This document shows, piece after piece, positions 9,125-18,256 of a stretch of 64,000 nt of DNA. Below the pieces are notes generated by a model. It saw only the letters and a program-made list of their open reading frames with translations, searched no databases and was not told the origin of the DNA. This DNA comes from Patescibacteria group bacterium (GTDB lineage Bacteria; Patescibacteriota; Minisyncoccia; Phycocordibacterales; SIBU01): assembly GCA_040390045.1 (NCBI GenBank), contig JAZJZC010000004.1, forward strand, positions 67,157-131,156, given 5' to 3'. The translations under genes were made by a program, and so were the position numbers. How positions within the stretch are numbered: the first letter of the stretch is position 1; each line of letters starts with the position of its first letter.

Positions 9125-10486
9125 ATGAATAAAAATGAAAGCCTCAGCGTATTTGTTGTTGGCAAAGGTGGACGTGAGCATGCCCTGGTGCATGCTCTTG
9201 CGCAGTCGCCACTCGTTGGTAAGCTTTGGTGCGCGAACGGAAATCCCGGAATAGCCGCAACCAAGTTGACGACAGGTAGGTTAGTTTATTGTCCGACGAT
9301 CGAGGAGCACGGAGAGCTTCTTGCGACTGCAGTCAGAGAACGGATGGATTTAACGATCTTCGGTGGCGAGGAGCATTTAATGGCCGGATTGGGTGACGCA
9401 TTTCGAATTCACGGACTCAACGTTTTTGGTCCAGGCTATCGAGGCGCCAACCTTGAAGGGTCGAAAATGTACGCTCAGCGGTTTGCTGAGCGACATGGTT
9501 TACCCTTCGCGGTCGGTGAATGTTTTGTCAGCAATATGCACGATGCATTTGAGTACGCAGAGTCACTCGATTATCGGTGTGTCGTTAAGGCCTCGGGACC
9601 TTGCCTCGGAAAGGGCGTGAAGGTTTGTCACAACGTGTCAGAAGTCGAGGAGGCCTTGCGGTTGATGATCGTGGATCGTAAGTTTGGCACGGCCGGTCAA
9701 AACATTGTCATCCAGGAACTACTGGAAGGACAGGAACTTTCGTTGCACATTCTGAGCGACGGAGTGAACTGGAGGTTACTTCCCATCGCGCAAGATCATA
9801 AGCGCCTCCTCGGTGACAATCTCGGCGACATGACCGGTGGCATGGGAACGTATTCTCCGCATCCGACAATCACCACTTCTGATCTGGAAAAAATTGCGGC
9901 TGAAATCATGCCGAAATTTCTCGAGGGTTGCAGGAGGGACAGCATTGTCTTTCAGGGCGTGTTGTTTTTTGGGCTCATGGTTACCGCGGATGGCGTTAAG
10001 ATTTTAGAGATCAACGTCCGTTTCGGAGATCCAGAAGCCCAAGCGATTCTTCCGAGAATTAAAACTGACATGGTAGAGCTTTTGCTGGCCACGGCGACAG
10101 GGCGGCTTGCCGAAGTGCCGCTTGAGGTGTACGAGGACCTCGCAACGGTCAACGTTGTCATGGTATCGGCGGGATACCCGGGAAACTACAACAAAGGTTT
10201 TCAAATTACGGGAATTGAAAGCGCAGAAAAAATTCTTGGAATCAAAGTTTACCATGCCGGTACGGCGATCGAGCGAGGAGTTCTGGTGACAAACGGTGGG
10301 CGAGTGCTGAGCGTGTGCTCATGCGCGCGCGATCTCAAAACTGCGCATGAACGCGCATACCATGCCGTCGAACTTATTAAGTTTTCCGGCGCGTACTATC
10401 GCCGAGATATTGGCAGGCAGGTTCGTAAGGCGACCTACGATGGTTATACTCCGCAGTTGGCACCCTATCGGTTGCAGCACGAGTAG
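9125..10486 (+). CDS. purD: phosphoribosylamine--glycine ligase
   Basis: VFVVGKGGREHAL N-terminus and an ATP-grasp core. Confidence 0.9.
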   Translation: MNKNESLSVFVVGKGGREHALVHALAQSPLVGKLWCANGNPGIAATKLTTGRLVYCPTIEEHGELLATAVRERMDLTIFGGEEHLMAGLGDAFRIHGLNVFGPGYRGANLEGSKMYAQRFAERHGLPFAVGECFVSNMHDAFEYAESLDYRCVVKASGPCLGKGVKVCHNVSEVEEALRLMIVDRKFGTAGQNIVIQELLEGQELSLHILSDGVNWRLLPIAQDHKRLLGDNLGDMTGGMGTYSPHPTITTSDLEKIAAEIMPKFLEGCRRDSIVFQGVLFFGLMVTADGVKILEINVRFGDPEAQAILPRIKTDMVELLLATATGRLAEVPLEVYEDLATVNVVMVSAGYPGNYNKGFQITGIESAEKILGIKVYHAGTAIERGVLVTNGGRVLSVCSCARDLKTAHERAYHAVELIKFSGAYYRRDIGRQVRKATYDGYTPQLAPYRLQHE

Positions 10487-10499
10487 TTATTATTTTATC

Positions 10500-10527
10500 A
10501 GCCGGTTCCATTTTGGAACCGGCTTTT
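10500..10527 (+). terminator. rho-independent terminator after purD
   Basis: agccggttcca-tttt-ggaaccggc followed by tttt. Confidence 0.75.
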
Positions 10528-10750
10528 GTTATTTGCCCACAAAATCCGAATTTTGAGGATTTTGTGGTTTGCAAATAACAACCCCGCACCAACCCCAGGG
10601 CGTACCCCTCCGGGTATCACGAAGCGTGAAGTGCGCGTCCCCTTACCTTGTAGGGCTCCATTGTTTCCTTGCGAGTTTCTGAACGAGTTAGGAAACAAGC
10701 AGTACCCTTGTGGTACGAAGCGCGAGCCCGTATGTCCTCTGGTGCTGGGG

Positions 10751-13700
10751 TTATTTAAGCTCTTTAATTTTTTCCGCAATCAAACTAATTTCGTCATTTC
10801 GATTCGAGATTTTGCCTTTGATGGCGACACATTTTTCCGCAACAAGAAGCGCTTTAAATTCTTCATAGACTTTTGGAAAAACCACCGCTTCAATAGTTCC
10901 GCTTAAATCAGCAAGGCGGAGGAACATCATCTGATCGTTTTTCTTAGTGAAAATTGGTTTGGCTTCCTCGATGATGCCGCCGAGAACTACGACCATTCCT
11001 TCCTTCATTTCCGCTTTGCATTTCACAATGTTCATGTCCCTTTTTTCTAAAACATTTTTAAATTTATCAAGCGGATGTCCCGAAATGTATAAGCCAAGGA
11101 GCTCTTTTTCCCAAATTAATTTTTCAGATGCTGTGGCAGGAGATCCTTGCGTGAGTACCAAGCCTTCATTTTCCGAAACAGTTAGTGTGTTGCCGAATAA
11201 AGAATCCTGATTTTCTATTTTTTGAGATTTTTCTTTATTGAATTGCAAAAGATTGTCCATGTTCGCCATCATCATCCCACGTTCGCCAAAGTCGTCGAGT
11301 GCGCCGGATTTAATCAAGGCTTCAATTGATTTTTTGTTAAGACTTCGGTCATGCACACGGGTCAAAAAATCTCCAAGGGATTTAAACGCACCGTTTTTCA
11401 CGCGCTCAGCAATAATGACATCGGCAATGCCTTCTCCAAAGTTTTTAATGGTTGTTAACCCAAACCTGATGCGGTCTACCGCATCAGGAGCTGTAAGCTG
11501 TAAGCTGTCAGCTTTTAGCTTCACCACCGTAAAACCTGAGTAGCTTTCATTAATCGATGGAGGCAATACCGGAATTTTCATTCGTTTACATTCCGAAATA
11601 ATTTCAGAAATTTTTTCAACGTCGCCCGAGTCGGCGGTGAGTACGGCAGACATATAGATCGCGGGGAAGTTGGCTTTCATGTAGGCAGTTTGATATGCCA
11701 CACGTCCGTAACTTGCAGCGTGGGCCTTACCGAAGCCGTATGCAGCAAAAGGCTCGATCAGTTTCCAAAGTTCATCGGCCTTTTTCTCGCTCATGCCATT
11801 TTTTACCAGACCTTTCAACAGTTTTTCTTTTTGCGCGTCCATCTCAGCGACAATTTTCTTTCCCATGGCTTTGCGGAGTTTGTCTGCTTCGAGCCACGAG
11901 TATCCTGCGAGTTCAATAGCGATTAACATAACATCTTCCTGGTAGGTAATAACTCCATACGACGCCGAAAGAATATTTTTCATGCGTGGGTCGAGATATT
12001 TAACCAGCGATGGATTATGTTTTCGCTCAATATACTGAGGGATCGATTCCATAGGACCCGGACGATAGAGAGCCACCATGGCGTTGATATCATGAATGCT
12101 TGTAGGTCGCAGATCTTTAAGATAGTGAGTCATACCTGAACCACTGAGTTGAAAAAGTCCACCGGTAATTCCAAGCGCGAGCATCGCAAAAGTTTTTTTG
12201 TCATCAATCGGAATGGTGTCAATATCAATATCTACATTTTCTAATTTTTTAGCCAGCAAAACTGCATCAGCAAGAATGGAAAGATTTTTAATTCCAAGAA
12301 AGTCGAATTTCAAAAGCCCGACATCCTCCATAACATACATATCGTATTGAGTAATAATTTTTCCTTCGCCTTTAGGATCAAACTGCAGTGGGGTAAAATC
12401 TGTTAAAGGTCTAGGGGAAATAACCACACCAGCCGCATGTACCGAAATGTGTCGGGCGCAACCCTCAATTTTTTTAGCTAAATCAATAATTTCCGTGACC
12501 TCGGGTTCATTTTTGTATCTTTTTTTCAGCTCAGGAACTAACTCCATAGCTCGATCGATTGACATGGGAAAACCTTGCGAACCCATTGGGATCATTTTTG
12601 AAATACCATCACCCAAACTATACGGATGCCCGAGCGCTCGCGCCACATCTCTCACGGACCCACGCGCCATCATAGTTCCAAAAGTTCCCACCTGCGCCAC
12701 TTTATCCTCGCCGTACTTTTTTCGCGCATATGTAATCAGTTCATCGCGTCGCGAATCGGCAATGTCCATGTCAATATCGGGAGCAGAAGGTCGTTCGGGA
12801 TTGAGAAATCTCTCGAAGGGCAATTTATATTCAATGGGATTTACGGTACTAATGTAGGCGAGGTAGGAAACCATCGATCCAGCGGCCGAACCTCTCGTGG
12901 TACTAAAAATTTTCTCACTTCTGGCGTGACGAAGAAGGTCAGACACCACTAAAAAATATGGAGAGTAGCCTTTATCGCGAATGATTTTCAATTCATACTC
13001 AACACGATCAGTTACTTCTTTTGTCGCTTCAATGCTTCGAGTTTTGATACCGTCGTACACTAACGCCTTCAACTCCTCATCAAGAGTTCTTCCGGAGGCA
13101 ACTTTGTAGTCGGGGAAAACCCATTTGCCGAGCTCGATTTCCAGGTTGCACATATCAGCAATCTTGGCGTTGTTTTCAAGGGCTTCGGGCAACTTTTTAA
13201 AAAATTTTTGCGCGTCCTTGTCAGATATGAAAGAAAAATCGCCGGTGTTTTCAGCTTGACCGGCCCGCTCGCTCAATTCAGCGTTGCTGTTTACAAGGGT
13301 TAATGTATTCCGCGCTGTCTTGTCTTTTTCAGAAAGGTAGTAGACATCGTGGCAGGCTACAATATTCGTTTGAGTTTGTTTGGCAAAATCGATCAACATT
13401 TCCATTCTCTTGTCGTGTCCTTCAACCTCGGGGAAATGAGTGATTTCCAAAAAGAAATTATCGTTGCCATACATTTTTTTATACCAGTCAGCAATTTTTG
13501 TGGCGTTTTCAATATCGCCAGACTTAAGCGCCTCCAAAATTTGACTATTAAATGATGGCGCGATTGCCACTAAACCTTCAGAATATTTTTCGATAAGTTC
13601 TGCGTCGATTCTCGGCTTGTAATAGAAGCCGTCAAAATGCGATTCGGTTACCAGTTTAATTAAATTTTTGTAACCAATAAGATTTTTGGCAAGCAAAACC

Positions 13701-13966
13701 AATCGTGTGCGTCTATTGTCGACACCGGCTTGTTTGTCTTGTCGCTTTCGAGCCGCGACATAGGCGTCAATGCCGATGATTGGTTTGATGCCCTGAGCTT
13801 TACATTCTTTGTAAAATTCAATGGCACCGTACATGTTACCGTTGTCAGTAAGAGCCAGAGACGTCATTTCAGACTTTTTTGCAGCCGCAACGAGCTCGTC
13901 AATCTTTGGAAGTGCAGACAGTAAGCTGTAGTGACTATGGACGTGTAAATGTGTAAACTTTGTCAT
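10751..13966 (-). CDS. dnaE: DNA polymerase III alpha subunit
   Basis: PHP domain start HLHVHSHYSLL; 1071 aa. Confidence 0.92.
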   Translation of the reverse strand: MTKFTHLHVHSHYSLLSALPKIDELVAAAKKSEMTSLALTDNGNMYGAIEFYKECKAQGIKPIIGIDAYVAARKRQDKQAGVDNRRTRLVLLAKNLIGYKNLIKLVTESHFDGFYYKPRIDAELIEKYSEGLVAIAPSFNSQILEALKSGDIENATKIADWYKKMYGNDNFFLEITHFPEVEGHDKRMEMLIDFAKQTQTNIVACHDVYYLSEKDKTARNTLTLVNSNAELSERAGQAENTGDFSFISDKDAQKFFKKLPEALENNAKIADMCNLEIELGKWVFPDYKVASGRTLDEELKALVYDGIKTRSIEATKEVTDRVEYELKIIRDKGYSPYFLVVSDLLRHARSEKIFSTTRGSAAGSMVSYLAYISTVNPIEYKLPFERFLNPERPSAPDIDMDIADSRRDELITYARKKYGEDKVAQVGTFGTMMARGSVRDVARALGHPYSLGDGISKMIPMGSQGFPMSIDRAMELVPELKKRYKNEPEVTEIIDLAKKIEGCARHISVHAAGVVISPRPLTDFTPLQFDPKGEGKIITQYDMYVMEDVGLLKFDFLGIKNLSILADAVLLAKKLENVDIDIDTIPIDDKKTFAMLALGITGGLFQLSGSGMTHYLKDLRPTSIHDINAMVALYRPGPMESIPQYIERKHNPSLVKYLDPRMKNILSASYGVITYQEDVMLIAIELAGYSWLEADKLRKAMGKKIVAEMDAQKEKLLKGLVKNGMSEKKADELWKLIEPFAAYGFGKAHAASYGRVAYQTAYMKANFPAIYMSAVLTADSGDVEKISEIISECKRMKIPVLPPSINESYSGFTVVKLKADSLQLTAPDAVDRIRFGLTTIKNFGEGIADVIIAERVKNGAFKSLGDFLTRVHDRSLNKKSIEALIKSGALDDFGERGMMMANMDNLLQFNKEKSQKIENQDSLFGNTLTVSENEGLVLTQGSPATASEKLIWEKELLGLYISGHPLDKFKNVLEKRDMNIVKCKAEMKEGMVVVLGGIIEEAKPIFTKKNDQMMFLRLADLSGTIEAVVFPKVYEEFKALLVAEKCVAIKGKISNRNDEISLIAEKIKELK

Positions 13967-13984
13967 GCAGAGTGATTATACTAT

Positions 13985-14611
13985 ATGAGTAAGCCGCGAC
14001 AATCTAAAATTAAATTTCTAATTGGAATTGATGAAGTGGGAAGGGGACCAATTGCTGGGCCGGTTGCGGTCGGAGCTTTTTGTGTCCCGGTAAAATTTCA
14101 AGACGAATTATTGAAATTTTTCCCTAAAAATCAAATTCGCGATTCCAAAAAATTGAAACCGCTTGTCCGCGAGGAAATCTACGAAAGACTGAGCCTTGCC
14201 AAAAAGAGTGGACAAATAGAATTTACCGTTATTTTTTCCAGTTCAAAAATTATCGATACGCGTGGTCTTTCTTTTGCTATTAAAAACGCTCTTGCTCAGA
14301 CGCTTTCCATAATTGGTAAAAAAGCTCATGAGTGCCAAATTTTCCTCGACGGTAGTCTTAAAGCGCCGATTGAGTTCGTAAATCAAAAGACGATTATTAA
14401 AGGTGACGAAAAGGAGGCAGTGATTGCGCTCGCTTCAATTGTCGCCAAGGTCACCCGCGATCGGGCTATGAAGGTTTTAGCAAAGAAGTACCCGCACTAT
14501 GGATTTGAAATTCACAAGGGCTACGGTACAGCGATGCATTACAAGAACCTTAAAAAGCGCGGGATGTCTCCAATTCACCGGCGCTCGTTTTTGAAAAATT
14601 TCGCGGGTTAA
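13985..14611 (+). CDS. rnhB: ribonuclease HII
   Basis: GIDEVGRGPIAGPV motif. Confidence 0.88.
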   Translation: MSKPRQSKIKFLIGIDEVGRGPIAGPVAVGAFCVPVKFQDELLKFFPKNQIRDSKKLKPLVREEIYERLSLAKKSGQIEFTVIFSSSKIIDTRGLSFAIKNALAQTLSIIGKKAHECQIFLDGSLKAPIEFVNQKTIIKGDEKEAVIALASIVAKVTRDRAMKVLAKKYPHYGFEIHKGYGTAMHYKNLKKRGMSPIHRRSFLKNFAG

Positions 14612-14642
14612 CTCGCTCATTTTCTGTGGATAACACCCGCTA

Positions 14643-14671
14643 TTGACACTTATTTAAATCTGTGATAACTT
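14643..14671 (+). promoter_or_regulatory. sigma70-like promoter candidate with two DnaA-box-like sites nearby
   Basis: TTGACA-17-TAACTT. TGTGGATAA at 14625-14633 and TGTGATAAC at 14661-14669. Confidence 0.35.
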
Positions 14672-14765
14672 CCTCCTCAGCGATCTTTGAGTAACTTAGG
14701 CGCGTAGCCTGGCTTATTGTCGCACCAATTCATCAGAGGGAATCAATTGATCCCGAAAGGAATTC

Positions 14766-15443
14766 GTGGAAACTGAAAAAAAAGTTACATCGCACGCAAT
14801 CGGAACGATTTTCGTTAAGGTTCGTGCTGACGGTGAGGTTGAGGCTGCCGCGATGCATTACACAAAACGTGAGAAGAGAACCAAGCAACTCCGTACGACC
14901 TTGAGGCTCCCGATGGGTAAAGGGAAGAAGGTAGAGAGGGAATCTCTAACCGAGACTCAGGTCCGTGAGGCGGTTCAGGAATGCGCAAAAATACCTGCTG
15001 ACTTTGATTATGAGTTCGAGTTCCGCGGTCTCGTGTATTATGCCGTGGTGCCTGACGATGACAACGGCGACAGCGAACTGCATCTGAAAGCCTTTATGGT
15101 TGCGCGGCTGAAAAAGGGTGAGTTGCGGGATTACCAGGCCAACGAACAGGAGTACGATCCTGACACCGGTAAACCTATCCCTGACGAGGTTGAAATTCTT
15201 GGGCCTTTGAAGTGGTACGAGATTCGCGAGGTTCTCAACGAAATGGCAAGACAGGGAAACGGCCTGTATGTTCACACTACTGCTGTTCTTGCTACACTCG
15301 TTGCTCTTGCGGGAAAGTACCCGAAGGTTGAAGCTCGTTACGGTGGCATCGTTAATCGGCCTGACGTGCAGCAGCGAGTCGCCATTTCAGCAAATTACAG
15401 GGACGAGGTCAAAGCCTACGTCGGCTCGCTCCAGGCCACTTGA
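14766..15443 (+). CDS. hypothetical protein (GTG start, locally GC-rich)
   Basis: Long ORF. AAAGGA lies 5 nt before GTG. GC clearly above neighbours. No recognisable domain. Confidence 0.5.
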   Translation: METEKKVTSHAIGTIFVKVRADGEVEAAAMHYTKREKRTKQLRTTLRLPMGKGKKVERESLTETQVREAVQECAKIPADFDYEFEFRGLVYYAVVPDDDNGDSELHLKAFMVARLKKGELRDYQANEQEYDPDTGKPIPDEVEILGPLKWYEIREVLNEMARQGNGLYVHTTAVLATLVALAGKYPKVEARYGGIVNRPDVQQRVAISANYRDEVKAYVGSLQAT

Positions 15444-15494
15444 GAGTTTCGTTTTTTTCACACCGCTCCGGTATCCTGGGCGGTTTTTTCTTGT

Positions 15495-15529
15495 AATGTT
15501 GCCCCGCCCGCAGCGGGCGGGGCAACATT
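15495..15529. repeat. GC-rich hairpin ccccgcccg-cag-cgggcgggg (member of a repeat family)
   Basis: Perfect hairpin aatgttgccccgcccgcagcgggcggggcaacatt. Related cores at 53278-53319 and 62620-62690. Confidence 0.6.
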
Positions 15530-15573
15530 CTGGGAGATTGCAAATTTTCTAATAAGTGTTAAGCTTTCAAACC

Positions 15574-15798
15574 ATGGTAGTACGAATGCGCGCCAATCGG
15601 TCTCATAGGGATAATCGACGAAGTCACTTCGCGTTAGGTGAACCTCGATTTTCAACGTGTAAAGATTGCGGAGCATCGCATTTGCGACATCGAGTGTGTA
15701 CCACCTGTGGTAAGTACAAAGGCATGCAAGTGCTCAACGTACATGCCAAAGTAGAGAAGAAAGCGAAGAAGTTGAAAGAGAAAGCGGCAGTAAAATAA
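15574..15798 (+). CDS. rpmF: 50S ribosomal protein L32
   Basis: MVVRMRANRSHRDNRRSHFAL plus CxxC..CxxC zinc ribbon. Confidence 0.85.
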   Translation: MVVRMRANRSHRDNRRSHFALGEPRFSTCKDCGASHLRHRVCTTCGKYKGMQVLNVHAKVEKKAKKLKEKAAVK

Positions 15799-15910
15799 GC
15801 ACGAAATTTTAAGCACGAAATCCGAAAGAATATCTAAATTAGAATTTAAAAATTTTAATTTGGGATTTGTTTCGAGTTTCGAATTTGAGATTTCGGATTT
15901 GTCTTCATTT

Positions 15911-16813
15911 ATGGCTAACAGGCACCTTGCAAGATCGACAGTTCTACAAACCCTCTTCGAGTGGGATTTTAATGGTCAGCGAAAGACTGACGATGTAGAA
16001 ACGATTCTCAAGAGAGATATCGCCGAATTTGCTCCTGGCGTTAGTGATTCGTCGTTCATGACTGAGCTCCTCCGTTCTATTTGCGACAAGATGTCGGACA
16101 TTGATACGATTATTGAAAAGGCTGCTCCAGATTGGCCAATCAATAAAATTTCTATTATCGATCGCAACATCTTGCGCATCGGTCTTTACGAATTGCTTTT
16201 TGCGGACAAAACTGAAGTGCCGGAAAAAGTGGCGATCAATGAAGCGATTGAGTTGGCGAAAACATTCGGCGGCGAAAATAGCGGCAAATTTGTAAACGGC
16301 GTTCTTGGTTCAGTCTACAAAGAACTTGGAGAGCCCGGCAAAGATGCTGTTTCCCAGAAGAGTAAACGCAAAGCTGAAGTTCCGTACGAAAAAATGCCTA
16401 TCCAAAAATTGGGAGGCGCAGTGGTCTATGCTAAGGATGGTGGTGAAATTTATCTCGCGCTTGTCCACGATATTTTCGGTCATTGGACGCTCTCAAAAGG
16501 AAAAATTGAAGTTGATGAGGACGTTAAGCAAGGTACGACGAGAGAAATGAAGGAAGAACTTGGCCTCGATGTTTCGATTCAAACAGATCTTGGAAAAAAT
16601 GAATACATCGCATCCGATCCAACTCTTGGTAAAATTCGCAAACAAGTAAATTACTTTTTGGCAGAAGCCAAGTATGAAAATTTAACTCTTGGTACTTCAG
16701 GTGGACTCGACGACGCACGATGGTACAAAATGGCGGATATTGTTTCTCTTAATTTGTACAATGACATTTTGCCAATCGTCACCAAAGCGGTCAATATATT
16801 ACTTAAAAAGTAG
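15911..16813 (+). CDS. nusB: NusB antitermination factor fused to C-terminal NUDIX hydrolase domain
   Basis: NusB motifs DRNILRIGLYELLF and INEAIELAKTFGGENSGKFVNGVLG. Canonical Nudix box GKIEVDEDVKQGTTREMKEELGL. Confidence 0.8.
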   Translation: MANRHLARSTVLQTLFEWDFNGQRKTDDVETILKRDIAEFAPGVSDSSFMTELLRSICDKMSDIDTIIEKAAPDWPINKISIIDRNILRIGLYELLFADKTEVPEKVAINEAIELAKTFGGENSGKFVNGVLGSVYKELGEPGKDAVSQKSKRKAEVPYEKMPIQKLGGAVVYAKDGGEIYLALVHDIFGHWTLSKGKIEVDEDVKQGTTREMKEELGLDVSIQTDLGKNEYIASDPTLGKIRKQVNYFLAEAKYENLTLGTSGGLDDARWYKMADIVSLNLYNDILPIVTKAVNILLKK

Positions 16814-16894
16814 ATAGTCGGTAGTCAGTAGTTTGTAGAAAATCCGTTTTTCCTTACTACCAACTACCCACTACAATACTAACCTACTACTCCA
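16814..16894. repeat. GTAG/CTAC-rich palindromic intergenic repeat
   Basis: tagatagtcggtagtcagtagtttgtag ... ctaccaactacccactac forms a long imperfect inverted repeat. Same family at 287-320 and 28817-28935. Confidence 0.6.
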
Positions 16895-17584
16895 ATGGAT
16901 TTTTCAAAATTCGAAGACCAACTCGGTATTTATTTCAAAAACAAAAGTCTTTTACAGACGGCTTTTACGCATAGATCATATATCAACGAAAACCGAAAAG
17001 GTGCGCTTGAACACAACGAACGCCTGGAGTTTTTGGGCGACGCTGTCTTAGAGTTGATCGCGACGCATTTTTTGTATAACAAATATCCTGACAAAGCAGA
17101 AGGGGATTTGACGTCCTACCGTTCTGCGCTTGTTAACGCCGTGACACTTTCTGAAATTGCCACGAAACTCGGCATGAATGAATTTCTTCTTTTATCAAAA
17201 GGGGAAACCAAGGATACTGGCCGCGCTCGACAATATATTTTGGCAAACACTATGGAATCTTTTATTGGCGCCCTGTTTCTCGATCAAGGATATGACGCGG
17301 CACAAGTATTTATAAAACAATACATTCTCTCGCTCATCGACAACATTGTTGCCAAAAAAAGTTGGCTTGACGCAAAAAGTTTTTTTCAGGAAAAAGCTCA
17401 GGAAGAAGAGGGAATTACTCCGTCTTATGTAGTACTTAAAGAAACTGGTCCCGATCACGATAAACAATTTACGGTTGCAGTAGAAATTGGTCGCGAACGT
17501 GTTGCCACAGGCGAGGGAAAATCAAAACAAGAAGCTGAACAGAGTGCGGCACAGGAGGGACTGAAAGCCAAGAGTTGGAATTAG
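16895..17584 (+). CDS. rnc: ribonuclease III
   Basis: ERLEFLGDAVLE signature and a C-terminal dsRBD. Confidence 0.9.
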   Translation: MDFSKFEDQLGIYFKNKSLLQTAFTHRSYINENRKGALEHNERLEFLGDAVLELIATHFLYNKYPDKAEGDLTSYRSALVNAVTLSEIATKLGMNEFLLLSKGETKDTGRARQYILANTMESFIGALFLDQGYDAAQVFIKQYILSLIDNIVAKKSWLDAKSFFQEKAQEEEGITPSYVVLKETGPDHDKQFTVAVEIGRERVATGEGKSKQEAEQSAAQEGLKAKSWN

Positions 17585-17614
17585 GAATCAAGAATTAGGA
17601 ATTATGGGAAAGAA

Positions 17615-17637
17615 AAAACCGATCAATGATCGGTTTT
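17615..17637. terminator. bidirectional terminator
   Basis: aaaaccgatcaatgatcggtttt. Confidence 0.7.
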
Positions 17638-17643
17638 GCAATT

Positions 17644-18156
17644 TTATACTGTAGCGCGAGGAATTGACGTCGTTAATCGACGTTTTCCGTCAAGCATCAG
17701 TCCATAGGCGAAATTACAAAGTGGAATTTTTTCAAAACCCGCGGTATTGTCCCAATTAGTAATTAGCCAGCCTTTGGGCAGAGTCTCGCCAATTAACAGC
17801 TCTCTTTTTTGAGGTGTGCCGAAAGGTCGATCTGGAACTTCAAAAATTTCGGTTTTTGGGCATGCCGTAGGAATGTGAAGAAGCGGATAATTTGGCGCAA
17901 GCTCAAGTCGCCGCAAACACCTTTTGTCTACCGTTGCGGTTGTTCCCGGAAATCTGATCTGGACAGTACTGTGGCCAGGAAAAGCCTCCAAAACGGTTGT
18001 GAGCAAATTCTTAAAGCCCGTCGGTTCGGTGTCATTGAAAATTACAATGTCACCTTTGTGAAGAGCCGATCGGCTTTTGTGCAACCCTAATCTCCAGAGT
18101 AAAAGTAGAATTACGGTGGTTTCGACGAGAATCAATATCGATGAAAGATTTTTCAT
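17644..18156 (-). CDS. hypothetical membrane-anchored protein
   Basis: ATG at 18154-18156, N-terminal TM helix, no recognised motif. Confidence 0.4.
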   Translation of the reverse strand: MKNLSSILILVETTVILLLLWRLGLHKSRSALHKGDIVIFNDTEPTGFKNLLTTVLEAFPGHSTVQIRFPGTTATVDKRCLRRLELAPNYPLLHIPTACPKTEIFEVPDRPFGTPQKRELLIGETLPKGWLITNWDNTAGFEKIPLCNFAYGLMLDGKRRLTTSIPRATV

Positions 18157-18256
18157 TGCATGGTACGTTTTTCTGCTTTCATACTATCTGTTAAAGCTTC
18201 TATGTCAACACAAATTAGAATTCCCTTTATTTTTAATAAAAGCTATAATTCTCCTC

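Noticed and set aside
10583-10750. SRP RNA, tmRNA or RNase P RNA assignment for this structured region
   Set aside because: None of the hallmark motifs (GGAAGCAGCCAAGG; tRNA-like 3' end with GGTTCGA; GGAAAGTCCGG) is present.
15495-15529. GC hairpin as a simple rho-independent terminator
   Set aside because: No U-tract follows it. A weaker terminator (accgc...gcggt-TTTTTT) lies just upstream at 15462-15489. The big hairpin is better explained as a member of the GC-rich repeat family.
18077-18256. N-terminal extension of smc from the track ORF start
   Set aside because: The extension has no SMC-like sequence. The conserved SMC N-terminus begins at MYLKGLEI (18257).
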